Both the position numbers and the translations under genes were made by a program. Below, piece after piece: positions 34,728 through 44,760 of a DNA stretch of 64,000 nucleotides. This stretch comes from a virus (lineage: Duplodnaviria; Caudoviricetes), in IMG/VR virus record IMGVR_UViG_3300020047_004811, positions 23,317 to 87,316 of that record; one strand, given 5' to 3'. Each line of letters starts with the position of its first letter. The first letter of the stretch is position 1. The notes beneath the pieces were generated by a model that was not told the DNA's origin, did no database searches, and worked only from the letters and a program-made list of their open reading frames with translations.

Positions 34728-37235
34728 CTATTTCTTCCCTTCTATACGTTTAAGTCTTTCATTTAATGAAGCTAATGATGCAAGCATCTTAGGTTCAAGA
34801 TTATCATAGTCCACGATCTTACCTTTAGGGGTATCATGTACTGATTCTTTTCCAAGCTTAGATTTTTCTAAGTCTTGAGCCATAACCCCAAGCTCTCTAT
34901 TTTTAGAGGCGCGAGGGTCATTCTTAACTTCTTCTTTATAATTATAAGAAGCAGGTTTAAGTCTGTCCATAAACTTCTGGACATCTTTAGGATTATATTC
35001 GATGTCTTCTTTGAGGTCTTTATCTGAGAACATCTTCTTGATTTTCTTTTTAATACTTTTAGTAGAAACACCCTTAATACCTAAAGCGCCTCCGATATCT
35101 CCAATAGCTCTCTCTATATTCTTACCACCACCAAGTCCGTAAAAATTCTCACCTAGTGCACTAACATTGCCATGTAACAAATCATTAAGTCCATTTTTTG
35201 TAAGATCACCGAAGTTACTAGTGTAGTCTGTTAAATGAGCTTGAGTTCCTGCTATAGCTTTATTCTCATTTTTACTTAGATAATCTATAGCTTTAAGTAA
35301 TTGTTGACCGGCTTCGGTATTTGCGATTGATTTTCCACCAACATTAAGCTTCAACAGTCCTTCCATTAAAGCGTTTTGAGCCTGTGCTCCAGCTCCAGCA
35401 GCATTAAGCACCCCACTACCAACAGCTTGCCCAGTTTGAGCGAAACTATCTCCTCCTGTCAAAACATCAGCTCCTACTTGAAGTCCCGGTCCTCCGAAAA
35501 CTCCAGCAAGACCACCGGGGGTTAAATATGTATTTGCTAATACATTAGTGTAATCACCTAAAACACCCTGACCATACGCCATAGTTTGATTTAGATAACG
35601 GGCTTTTTCTGCTGCTAGTTTATCAGCATACTCTTTATCGGAAGCTGCTTTTTGATTCTCTGCTCTAGAAATATATTCTTCAAGCCCACCAATATCCAAG
35701 CCACCTTTCCCAGCTTGGAATCTACCACGACTATCTAAAAACTCAAGATCGGTTCCTGTTTTACCAGCAAGTCTGTCTAAAGCATTAATTCGGGCAACAT
35801 CTTCGTCAGATGCAACCCCAGTGCGACTTAAATTCTCAGCAGCTTTATTTGTAATTCTTTCATTAATTAGTTGATTGACATCTAAACCTAAATTCAATCC
35901 TCTTTGTAGAAGCCCGGTTTGATCTCCGGTTCCTAAAAGCATATTGATATCACCTTGATTTAAATATCCAGCATTCGCGGCTGACTGGAGTGCAATACCA
36001 GCCCTAGTTAGCTTATCCATCCCAGCAAACTTTTCGTCTTGTCCAATTAGCATATCTTGTATGCTTTTGATATTCGTTTGTCTGGCAGTTTCAGCATTTT
36101 GTAATTCAGCAAGACGAGCATCAAGTCCGCCAGAAATAGGGGTTTTAGTTTGATCTATAATCCCACGAGTTTCTGCACCAAACTCATTAGCGCGATTAAC
36201 ATATTCAGTAGCCTTACTAGCGGCTTCTCTATTAGCTTGTTGAACACCCTCTACCGCTCCCCTAGTTTGTCTAGCAGCAGCTCCAATATTAGCAGTAGGG
36301 TCTTGCCCTAGAATCAGAGAATCTAAGTTTTTCTGTCCTTGGGTATAATCTCGTCCGCCAACAAATTGTCTAAGGAGTTCTTGACGACCTCCGCTAGTTT
36401 TAGCAAGATTTCCGAGAGATTCAGCTTGCTGGGCTTGACTTAAAAGTGAGCCAGCTTCTCCAAGTTGATTAGGTCCAGTGTATGTACCAGTTCTAAATCT
36501 AGTAAAGTCTGAGATGTCTTGGTCAGTTGGGAGGTTAGCAGCAACAAGCTTAGCTCGCTCTGCCTTTTGAAAAGCATCTTGTTCTGCTTGTTTTTGTTTA
36601 TCATATTGAGACTGTAGTTCAGTCCCGCGAGTATCAAATGTAGAGAAGTCAGTTCCAACTACAGGGTTCAATGCATCAGATTGAGATTTAAGTCCCTTGA
36701 TTTGATTTTGAAGATTAGTAAACTCTTGATTCTTAATCTTTGCATCATAATACTCATTATGAGTACCAGTTCCTAATCCTAAAAAACCTTGTTGTAGCCT
36801 TGTTGTGTTGTATTCAGGAGTCTGATCTAGTTTTTGCTGAAGAGAACCGAGCTGAGTACCAAACTGAGCTTGCTGAGTCTTAGCCGCTTCGACTTCGGCC
36901 TGTTTAGCCGCTTTTTCTTGCTCTAATTTTTGCTTACTAGCATCATAGCCCTGCTGAAGTCCAGAGCTTGCTGCAAATTTTGACATGTCTGGCTGATAGT
37001 TAGACTCATCGAACTTACCAAGAACACTTTGACGCTGTTGCTTGGCTTCATCTGTATCTAAACGCTTTTTATTGGCTTCTTCTTCAAATTGTTGTTGAGC
37101 GGACTTAACTCCGGACTGAACATTCTGGACCTGCCCGGAAATACCACCAGATACAGCACCGCCCAGCTTACTACCACGGTTAGCTTGGAGGATGCGATTA
37201 ATGTTTGTAAATCCAGTACCTTGCTTGATCGCCAT
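34728..37235 (-). CDS. putative ejection protein with C-terminal peptidase S74 chaperone domain
   Basis: FSDKDLKEDI...LKPASYNYK...LGVMAQDLE...VDY...LASLNERL. Confidence 0.75.
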   Translation of the reverse strand: MAIKQGTGFTNINRILQANRGSKLGGAVSGGISGQVQNVQSGVKSAQQQFEEEANKKRLDTDEAKQQRQSVLGKFDESNYQPDMSKFAASSGLQQGYDASKQKLEQEKAAKQAEVEAAKTQQAQFGTQLGSLQQKLDQTPEYNTTRLQQGFLGLGTGTHNEYYDAKIKNQEFTNLQNQIKGLKSQSDALNPVVGTDFSTFDTRGTELQSQYDKQKQAEQDAFQKAERAKLVAANLPTDQDISDFTRFRTGTYTGPNQLGEAGSLLSQAQQAESLGNLAKTSGGRQELLRQFVGGRDYTQGQKNLDSLILGQDPTANIGAAARQTRGAVEGVQQANREAASKATEYVNRANEFGAETRGIIDQTKTPISGGLDARLAELQNAETARQTNIKSIQDMLIGQDEKFAGMDKLTRAGIALQSAANAGYLNQGDINMLLGTGDQTGLLQRGLNLGLDVNQLINERITNKAAENLSRTGVASDEDVARINALDRLAGKTGTDLEFLDSRGRFQAGKGGLDIGGLEEYISRAENQKAASDKEYADKLAAEKARYLNQTMAYGQGVLGDYTNVLANTYLTPGGLAGVFGGPGLQVGADVLTGGDSFAQTGQAVGSGVLNAAGAGAQAQNALMEGLLKLNVGGKSIANTEAGQQLLKAIDYLSKNENKAIAGTQAHLTDYTSNFGDLTKNGLNDLLHGNVSALGENFYGLGGGKNIERAIGDIGGALGIKGVSTKSIKKKIKKMFSDKDLKEDIEYNPKDVQKFMDRLKPASYNYKEEVKNDPRASKNRELGVMAQDLEKSKLGKESVHDTPKGKIVDYDNLEPKMLASLASLNERLKRIEGKK

Positions 37236-37259
37236 GTATTTTAAACCTCTTACCCCTAA

Positions 37260-37268
37260 AGTTGTTAA
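37260..37268 (-). promoter_or_regulatory. TTAACAACT motif
   Basis: Intergenic, 24 nt upstream of gene start 37235. Confidence 0.7.
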
Positions 37269-37277
37269 TTCTGCTTA

Positions 37278-37694
37278 TTAAACGTGCCAAATAATGATAT
37301 TCAGTGTATATCGATTATTAGCCTGTAACCCAGTAACATGATTCACCAGAATTCCACCACTTATAGCACTATAACTTATAAATGGTGCTCCAGTTGGGTA
37401 TAACGCGGTATTTGATTGATTGACAGCAGACACAACATTACACCCAAATACAGAGGTGGTCTTATTTGTTGTAATCGTTGTTAAATCAGTAGGAAGGCCG
37501 TTAGAATCCACTATAATATCTATAGTTCGGACTGTACAATTTAGGTTATCTACTAGGCTAAGCCTACCGTTTAATGCGAAGTAAAGCTCATTAAATGAAT
37601 CATTAATAGGCCCGGCGATCTGTTCAACAAACTTCCTCTCCTCTTTGGGATAATCGTTTGTCACAATACGTTTATAACTACTAAGTTTTGGCAT
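37278..37694 (-). CDS. small tail-associated protein
   Basis: Directly follows the nozzle gene; AGGA SD. Confidence 0.6.
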   Translation of the reverse strand: MPKLSSYKRIVTNDYPKEERKFVEQIAGPINDSFNELYFALNGRLSLVDNLNCTVRTIDIIVDSNGLPTDLTTITTNKTTSVFGCNVVSAVNQSNTALYPTGAPFISYSAISGGILVNHVTGLQANNRYTLNIIIWHV

Positions 37695-37700
37695 ATATTC

Positions 37701-40700
37701 CTATCGGAAAGCTCTGATTGATAGCCCGGTTCTACCACTAACCGTTACCCCGTTAATTCTATAATCTTCACGAGCTGTATTATGGCTAAATTTGATTAGT
37801 ATATATCTGCATTTTTGGCATTGCCTAGGAACAAAGGTTCTAAAAGGAGCCGAATTTCCCAGTCCGCCAAAAAACCCATCTCCAAACCCGTCCACATGTC
37901 CAAAAATCCCATTACCGTCCAAATTAAACTCTACATCTTTAAACTCAGGGAGTAGGTCAGTAGCGAAGGACATTGTCCCGCCAGTAAGAGTTCTCGTCTC
38001 GAACATAATAGTAGCTTCGGATAGATGCTTCAACATTAAAGGATCAGCGAACGTAATCGGAGAGTAAACAAACATACTCTCAATGGCTTTATATACTGTA
38101 ACCTCACCCACTAGATATTGCAGGGAAAGATTCAGGGTGACCTTCCGAGTCACACGATTAATATCTGTGATAATAGCTTCCTGTATTGTATTATTATCAA
38201 TCAATCTATAGTTATTAAAAGCAACACCCGGGTCATCATTTAATTTCTCAACAATCGCATTATAACATGCTTTTAAATCTTCAAAACTAGAATCCACAGT
38301 TTGCCAATTTCCTGCTGTCCCCATCTCCCTAACAGTAACGGGAATAGAGAATGTGTTAGCATCAATCACAGTAACAACGTAAGTTCCATTGATTGTAGGT
38401 TCAGAGTTAGAACTGTCGATAAGTACGACTCTTCCTGTCAATAAACCATGTGCTATGGATGTGATAACAGTAGCCGGGGCTTCTGAAATATCGGTGATTG
38501 TCCCAGACTGAGTATCGATTATTGCAGCATAATCCGTGTCTGAAACACCGAGATCGGAGTCTAATTTGTCAGCCAACGCTTCTAAAGAGGTACGTGGGTT
38601 GTCACCAGTTACCATTGTTAAGTCAGCAACATATGTATCGTCATCTACTTGGCTATCTAGATCAAGCTTGCGTAGAAGAGTATTAAACTCAAATGTTGTA
38701 ATCGTCTGGTCCTGAACAAGCACATCCCCCACATCAAAATTAGTAACAGACGGGAGAATAATTGTATTCCCAATTACTTTATTAGTAGAGATTACAGAAG
38801 TAAACTCACGATCTGCGTAATCAAGTCGACTAAATGTTTTCCGTTCCTGCTCGATATAAGCAACGTCATTTGCTGCCAGATATAATCTGTCATCTGCTGG
38901 ACTTACAACTCCAGCTAAAGGCCCCATTGTATAGTTTGTCCAGCTCTCAGTAAGAGTGCTATATCTATAGCCAATCTGTGCAGTCTCGTCATTTTCAGCC
39001 GCAACCGTAAATACTATATACGAGTTGTCTGACTCATAGCCAATTCCCCAAGTTGCAGTCTTGAAATCTGGGAAGTTAGAGGACTGAATACGGAGAATTA
39101 TATTATCAATCTGACGAGAAATAATAGACGATCCGCCCTCAGATAAACTCTGAATACCTTGAGTTGTCCAAGAATAAATTACGTTATTAGCAACAGAAAC
39201 TGAATCAGGAGCTAATGTAATAAAAGAGTTATCAAATAGTTCTAATTGGAATGGGGCTGACTCCCCAGAAATACGATATAACCCGTCTTCTTTAAATACA
39301 AAGAGGGAGTCGCGAAGGGGAACAATTCTAAGAATAGCTTTATCCTGAGCCCCAACATCGAAAAAATTCGAGATAGGCACAGCTTCTGGTTGTTGAAACT
39401 TAGAAAAATATACCCGGTTAGCCCGAGTTTCATTTTCTGAAAAAAGAGCTGAGGTTGCCCTAATAAATGAACCTTCAGTTCCGACAACAGTGACTTGTTT
39501 ATCTATTGAAAATGTAGTATCTGAGATTCTTGTAATTGTCCAGAGTCCGTCAACTACTGGCTGACTATCCGTGCTAGACATAACTACTTGGTCGCCGGTT
39601 ATCATCCCGTGGGCAGTTCCGGTTGTTATAACTGTAGGATTAGCCACGGATATATTGGTTATTGTTCCTTCTGGACCAATATCAGGGTTAAAAGAAGCCC
39701 CAGTTGTATCGTTATTTCCTAGTATATAGAATGGTTCCTCATCAGCTAAGTCTCGAGCTTCTAAAAGCATTTTGCCGGGGACATCAAAAGCTGAAGAGAG
39801 GTAATACGCGTAAACATTACCCTCTGGATTTTTATTTATAATGCGAATAAAACTACGGGCTGTCTCATCTACAGCTCTGGCTGGTGAAACTAATGGAGAA
39901 AGAAGAACATCCAGTGCCCCAACTTGAGAAACTGTAGTATTTACATATCCGTTATCTGTGGGTGCTCCGGCATAACCATATGCATTATTTGTAATATCTA
40001 GGTTTGTTCCATTATTCACAACTGTAAATTGTGTAGTTGGAATAGCCGCAGCGGTCAGAGTTGCAAGCTGTGTTTGAGTTTCAGCCCCAGTTATAGTGAT
40101 CTCAATTCCAATTCCCGGAAGGACAGGCTCTGTTGAAGCACCGCGCTGATACCAGAAATAGTAAAGATTCTCATCGTTTGTTGTATTGAGTGTGAAATAA
40201 GCAGAGGTTCCTGCCGCAGGCATACCAGCCCCGGCTGTAGTAATATCTACATTTACAATTTGCGGCTGAACTCGCTCGCCTTGTCCTGAATCTGTCTGGG
40301 AAACACTAAATCCTGAAGTTCCAGCAGTAACTGGGGCTACATAACCAACATCAACATTTGTTATAATAACTTTATTTGTTGCTCCGGTGATAATAAAATC
40401 ATCTAGATATGTAGAAAGTTTGTCCCGAGTTTTAAGAGCCACGTTATTAGCAGAGTCGCCAGTTGTAATACTAACTTTAATTCCGTCGGCTGAGGTATAT
40501 CCAGCAGGAATAGGATCAACAGTTGAACCGTTAGTTGAATACCAAATATAGTAACTATCTAGCGGAGAGGTCGCCGTGAAATACGTTCCGTCGAGCGAAT
40601 CAGCAACATCTGCAACTGTCGTGACTTCTGTAACTTCTTGTACACCAACAATAAAGCTATATGTACTAGAAGAGAAGCCGTTAGCAATTGTAACCCTAGG

Positions 40701-42347
40701 AGTTGTTCCATTATCATAGTCCTCAATCATTTGGATAACCCCGAGCAAGTTCAAAGTTGCCCGTTGGAGAGTCCGAGTGTTAGCATAAAATACAGAATTT
40801 CTATATCTATTAATATCTTTAGCAAAAGGAGGAATATCGTTAGCTTGGAGAATACCTTCACCAGTTCCGGCGTTCGTATAAAGGTTTGCTCCACGAAATT
40901 CATCTGGAGTTACATCCTCTACAACAACCTCACGAGCGGTTAATTCAGCCGGAGTTGGGTATGCTTCATAAACAAGCTGAAGTTCATCAGATGGAACTAC
41001 ATCCTCAAAACTAGCAGCCCCGGTAGCTTGAGCTACAGAAGAACGATATACTTGGAAGAAATAGTTAGAGTCTATCCCATCGGGAATTGTAATCGTAAGT
41101 TCCACAGTTGCGGTTGTTGTAATATCTAACAAGGACAATGTTGCATTATCTGTTGCAGAAACAATTGTGGTCGGCTCGTCAGTAAGAAGAGTTAGAATCT
41201 CTACAAAGTAGTCTTGGAGGCTAACCAATTCGCTATTTGTAGGAGGGCTACTAATCGTATCAGGTTCAGTAAGAGATCGAAATTCATTGGAATATACTGT
41301 TGGAGAGGCTAAAACCACAGCTCCGTTTGTTGCAGTTACATTTATAGTAATTGTGTTTCCTATAACAGAAACGATTGTCTGAGCACCACCGAGAACCTCA
41401 GCCCCAGCTCCTGTCCAAGTTCCACCTAGGAATATTTTATCACCCGGAAATAAATATGTAGCCGGAGAAGCTGAAAAAGTTACAGTCAGTATATTTGAGG
41501 AAACGGCAGCAGAAGAAATTTGAAGTGGAGCAACTGCAGCATTGTCGGCAATGAATATATCATTGTCGATTTTAGCAGCAAGAGCTATTAGATTGGTTCT
41601 AAGAGTTGAGGCACTGTCAGATAATGATAGCCCAAGAGTTGAAACGTAGTTATCGTCAGCAATTCTAGCGGTAGTAAGGGGGGTATTTTGGAGATTATCT
41701 AGAGTATCTAGAAGTCTCATGTAGTCGCGGACAAGCAAATCCTTCATAGGATTACTTACAACCACACGCTGAGAAGGAGCGCCCAGTAGTAGATTATTAT
41801 TTAGGTCTTTATAGCCCCAAACAATACGATAAGAAACAGCCCCATCCTGCGGAAGAAATCCACTCTGAAGATTAGGAGTATATACCGCGCGACCTGTAAA
41901 ATCTACAGCTTTGATAGCCCCGGCGTTTGTAGGCTGAACGGTTAGAAGATCAGTAGCATTGCGAGCTGAAATCTTCTTAATACCGTCAGATGTTGTGAAA
42001 TAGAAGTTACCATTAGATTCAATAAACTTCATACGAAGCCCGGCTTGGGTTTCAGTATACGAACCTTCGAAGTCTAGAAAAGTTCCATTACCATTTGAAT
42101 CAAATTGAAGTTGATCCTCAAAGTGCCGAATAATACGGGTACGGTATGATGTAAGTTGTTTGACTCTATCGCTAGGAGAAGGGAGAGCATCTCCGTATAA
42201 CTGGAATCCGCGACGTTGTTCAATAATCCCGTCTCGTCTAATTAATACGTTATTAGCTATGATTAGAGAGCCGTCTGGACGCTCTAATTCATTTGGTGAG
42301 GTATGTAGTCCCACAGCTTTAAGTAGAACTGTGCTATTAGCAGGCAT
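37701..42347 (-). CDS. tail tubular B / nozzle (P22 gp10-like) with large insertions
   Basis: 1548 aa; ENETRANRVYFSKFQQPEAVP..GAQDKAILRIVPLRDSLFVFKEDG propeller-like segment; follows the adaptor gene. Confidence 0.75.
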   Translation of the reverse strand: MPANSTVLLKAVGLHTSPNELERPDGSLIIANNVLIRRDGIIEQRRGFQLYGDALPSPSDRVKQLTSYRTRIIRHFEDQLQFDSNGNGTFLDFEGSYTETQAGLRMKFIESNGNFYFTTSDGIKKISARNATDLLTVQPTNAGAIKAVDFTGRAVYTPNLQSGFLPQDGAVSYRIVWGYKDLNNNLLLGAPSQRVVVSNPMKDLLVRDYMRLLDTLDNLQNTPLTTARIADDNYVSTLGLSLSDSASTLRTNLIALAAKIDNDIFIADNAAVAPLQISSAAVSSNILTVTFSASPATYLFPGDKIFLGGTWTGAGAEVLGGAQTIVSVIGNTITINVTATNGAVVLASPTVYSNEFRSLTEPDTISSPPTNSELVSLQDYFVEILTLLTDEPTTIVSATDNATLSLLDITTTATVELTITIPDGIDSNYFFQVYRSSVAQATGAASFEDVVPSDELQLVYEAYPTPAELTAREVVVEDVTPDEFRGANLYTNAGTGEGILQANDIPPFAKDINRYRNSVFYANTRTLQRATLNLLGVIQMIEDYDNGTTPRVTIANGFSSSTYSFIVGVQEVTEVTTVADVADSLDGTYFTATSPLDSYYIWYSTNGSTVDPIPAGYTSADGIKVSITTGDSANNVALKTRDKLSTYLDDFIITGATNKVIITNVDVGYVAPVTAGTSGFSVSQTDSGQGERVQPQIVNVDITTAGAGMPAAGTSAYFTLNTTNDENLYYFWYQRGASTEPVLPGIGIEITITGAETQTQLATLTAAAIPTTQFTVVNNGTNLDITNNAYGYAGAPTDNGYVNTTVSQVGALDVLLSPLVSPARAVDETARSFIRIINKNPEGNVYAYYLSSAFDVPGKMLLEARDLADEEPFYILGNNDTTGASFNPDIGPEGTITNISVANPTVITTGTAHGMITGDQVVMSSTDSQPVVDGLWTITRISDTTFSIDKQVTVVGTEGSFIRATSALFSENETRANRVYFSKFQQPEAVPISNFFDVGAQDKAILRIVPLRDSLFVFKEDGLYRISGESAPFQLELFDNSFITLAPDSVSVANNVIYSWTTQGIQSLSEGGSSIISRQIDNIILRIQSSNFPDFKTATWGIGYESDNSYIVFTVAAENDETAQIGYRYSTLTESWTNYTMGPLAGVVSPADDRLYLAANDVAYIEQERKTFSRLDYADREFTSVISTNKVIGNTIILPSVTNFDVGDVLVQDQTITTFEFNTLLRKLDLDSQVDDDTYVADLTMVTGDNPRTSLEALADKLDSDLGVSDTDYAAIIDTQSGTITDISEAPATVITSIAHGLLTGRVVLIDSSNSEPTINGTYVVTVIDANTFSIPVTVREMGTAGNWQTVDSSFEDLKACYNAIVEKLNDDPGVAFNNYRLIDNNTIQEAIITDINRVTRKVTLNLSLQYLVGEVTVYKAIESMFVYSPITFADPLMLKHLSEATIMFETRTLTGGTMSFATDLLPEFKDVEFNLDGNGIFGHVDGFGDGFFGGLGNSAPFRTFVPRQCQKCRYILIKFSHNTAREDYRINGVTVSGRTGLSIRAFR

Positions 42348-42359
42348 TGTATACCTTTA

Positions 42360-43565
42360 TTACCAACCTCGGCGACGGGATGACTTTCCGTACCGAAGAT
42401 GACTATGGAGATTTAATACTTTTTGAGGACTTCCATCAACTCTATTGTCAATAAGAATAGATTGTCGTGATTCCAAGTCCTGTATTTTAAGATTGGCAGC
42501 TTTTAATCCTTCTTCGTCACGCTGAGCTTCAAGGATTCTTGCAATCGTTCTTTCAACCACTATATTATGAAGATCAGTAGGGACCTGAGGAACAATACAC
42601 TCATATTGTAGGCAGATATAATCTCCTACTACAAAATCTTCTGGAATTTGATCGGCACTGAATGTAACAGATGTTTGTGAAACAGCGTTAGTTCCAACTA
42701 ATACATCGAAAGAATATGTTGAGTGACCACCGTCTGTTTGAAGGAAGTCAACGAGCACGCCATCTACGAAGCCTTCTGGAACATCGGCGGTAGAATTTAC
42801 TGTAATTGAAGAACTAATAGTAAAAGCTGCAGTATTTGAAGTACTAAATTCGATTGTATGATCGAAATAAGAAACTGTAACTATTGAACTATTAGCAGAA
42901 GCTGTGTATCCAATGGTTGCTAAGTATGAAGAGAGGTTCGTTGCTGTGGTTGCAGTATTTACACCCTTGGCAAACTCGGTTCCTACAGTCATAACAGAAC
43001 CGTTGATCGTTAACGTGTCTCCGTTAGCCATAGTTGTATTATCAAGTGTTATAGTCTTCGAGAATGAAGCACAAATAACCGCTTCTTCATTCGGAACTAG
43101 GGAGTTCGGGCGAAGAAAGTATGAGAATACTAGGCTTCCAGTCGGGCTAACCCCAACTTCGGGAGTAATAACTATAGAATTGTTCTGAACATAATAATGA
43201 ATTGGAGAACGGACGGTGCCAGTAGCGCCACTATTAAAGAAAGCCTTGTCATCTGGGTTAATTTTAGACATTTCTATAAGATTACCCTGTTGGTCTTTAT
43301 AGAAAAGGTCGCGGAGTTTCATCCCAACCGCACGATTTGGAATCGGGTAACGAGATTTGTTAGTTTCTAGGGTAATTTCTTGAGTATAGACATAATATTC
43401 CTCGTGATATTGAAGAATACTGGGCATTTGGGATGAAAATATCTCAGCGTTAGCAAATGCAAGGATGTCAGCAGGTAAAAATGTTACCTGAGTTAAAGGC
43501 ATCGCCATGCCGCGTTCAACCGCTTCAATAAGCGTATTTGAAGTATAATATGGTTTGATTGACAT
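42360..43565 (-). CDS. head-tail adaptor / tail tubular A-like protein
   Basis: LIEAVER..DILAFANAEI...YPIP..LRDL...VPQVPTDLHNIV; position downstream of the capsid genes. Confidence 0.65.
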   Translation of the reverse strand: MSIKPYYTSNTLIEAVERGMAMPLTQVTFLPADILAFANAEIFSSQMPSILQYHEEYYVYTQEITLETNKSRYPIPNRAVGMKLRDLFYKDQQGNLIEMSKINPDDKAFFNSGATGTVRSPIHYYVQNNSIVITPEVGVSPTGSLVFSYFLRPNSLVPNEEAVICASFSKTITLDNTTMANGDTLTINGSVMTVGTEFAKGVNTATTATNLSSYLATIGYTASANSSIVTVSYFDHTIEFSTSNTAAFTISSSITVNSTADVPEGFVDGVLVDFLQTDGGHSTYSFDVLVGTNAVSQTSVTFSADQIPEDFVVGDYICLQYECIVPQVPTDLHNIVVERTIARILEAQRDEEGLKAANLKIQDLESRQSILIDNRVDGSPQKVLNLHSHLRYGKSSRRRGW

Positions 43566-43578
43566 TAGAGGCTCCTAC

Positions 43579-43953
43579 TTACTTCTGGAGCTTCTCTTTA
43601 AGTTTCAAAAGCTCTTGTATTTTTGCGTCGAGTTCTTCTTCATCCATGGGCTCAGATTCGTCTTGTTGGTCTTCAAAACCTTCAGATTGATCTTCTTTAG
43701 ACTCGTCGGCTTCGTCATATGCACGTTTTTCGCCTAACTCCGACTCTTCGTCCTCACCTTCCATCCCAAGCATCTCCTCAGCCTTATCTAGACCTTCTTT
43801 GAGGCCAGATTTGGAGTCGGCGGCGACCGTAACCTTCTTCATACCTTGGAGGTCACCCTTCATAGCATCTGAAGCTTGTTTATGGAGGTCTTTAAGCACT
43901 GAAAGCTTAGACTTTTTTTCCATGTCGGACATTTTTTCTTTCTTAAACATCAT
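43579..43953 (-). CDS. acidic late protein (paralogue of next gene)
   Basis: EKKSKLSVLKDLHKQASDAM...ELDAKIQELL. Confidence 0.7.
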   Translation of the reverse strand: MMFKKEKMSDMEKKSKLSVLKDLHKQASDAMKGDLQGMKKVTVAADSKSGLKEGLDKAEEMLGMEGEDEESELGEKRAYDEADESKEDQSEGFEDQQDESEPMDEEELDAKIQELLKLKEKLQK

Positions 43954-43962
43954 ATAGGTTCC

Positions 43963-44307
43963 TTATTTCTTGTACTTAGCTTTCTGTTCTAAAAGATGCT
44001 TAAGCTGAGCATCGATTTCATTAATGTCATAAACAGACTCGGTTTCACAATGATCGATATTTTCGTCAGAAATATGACGCCCGACCACATCACCGTCCAT
44101 ACCGGGGTCCACGATATTATCTGAGTCGTTCTTAAAGTCAATTTTCGTGTCATCTGACATTTCCTTAACATGTGATTTCAATGCTTTGGAGTCTTTGTAA
44201 TCAGAATAGCCTTTCTTCATAGCCTCAGAAGCCATAGAATGGGCTCCTTTAAGTGCCGTGAGCTTAGCTTTCTTCTCTGTTTCGGTCATTTTCTTACCGT
44301 ATGCCAT
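43963..44307 (-). CDS. late protein (paralogue of previous gene)
   Basis: EKKAKLTALKGAHSMASEAM...EIDAQLKHLL. Confidence 0.7.
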   Translation of the reverse strand: MAYGKKMTETEKKAKLTALKGAHSMASEAMKKGYSDYKDSKALKSHVKEMSDDTKIDFKNDSDNIVDPGMDGDVVGRHISDENIDHCETESVYDINEIDAQLKHLLEQKAKYKK

Positions 44308-44330
44308 CTTTCTACCCCTTATTCCTTATA

Positions 44331-44339
44331 AGTTGTTAA
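44331..44339 (-). promoter_or_regulatory. TTAACAACT motif
   Basis: Intergenic, 23 nt upstream of gene start 44307. Confidence 0.7.
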
Positions 44340-44759
44340 CTAATTAATTGCCTCGCGGGCGGTTTGTCGTTGTTGTTCTAGCTCGAAATATTCTTGCGCC
44401 GTTAAACTAGTTGCCAGCCCCAAAGCCTGTTGTCCAACGTGACGAAGTACCATAAAATCGGTGGAATCAAGAAAAGCTAAGGCTTCAGCATTAATTTCAT
44501 CTTGTGATTTTGGAATAGAAGCCGAATCAACAAACTCAATACTAAAAGCAGCAGGAATTTCTTCTGTTACATAAGCTGGGGAAATTTCAATCCCCTGTTC
44601 GTCTAAAACAGCGGGAATTTCTTGAGCTGCGACATATTTTTGTCCGTACACACCTTTGTCGATAAAAGGCTGAAACCAAGCAATAGCTGCTTCTTCTGAA
44701 GCAAACTTGCCGTGGTCGAGTTCAGTTCCATCTAACTTTTTAATTGTTGCAATAATCAT
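44340..44759 (-). CDS. tail fibre assembly chaperone-like protein
   Basis: Follows the fibre gene; INAEALAFLDSTDFMVLR...RQTAREAI pattern. Confidence 0.6.
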   Translation of the reverse strand: MIIATIKKLDGTELDHGKFASEEAAIAWFQPFIDKGVYGQKYVAAQEIPAVLDEQGIEISPAYVTEEIPAAFSIEFVDSASIPKSQDEINAEALAFLDSTDFMVLRHVGQQALGLATSLTAQEYFELEQQRQTAREAIN

Positions 44760-44760
44760 G

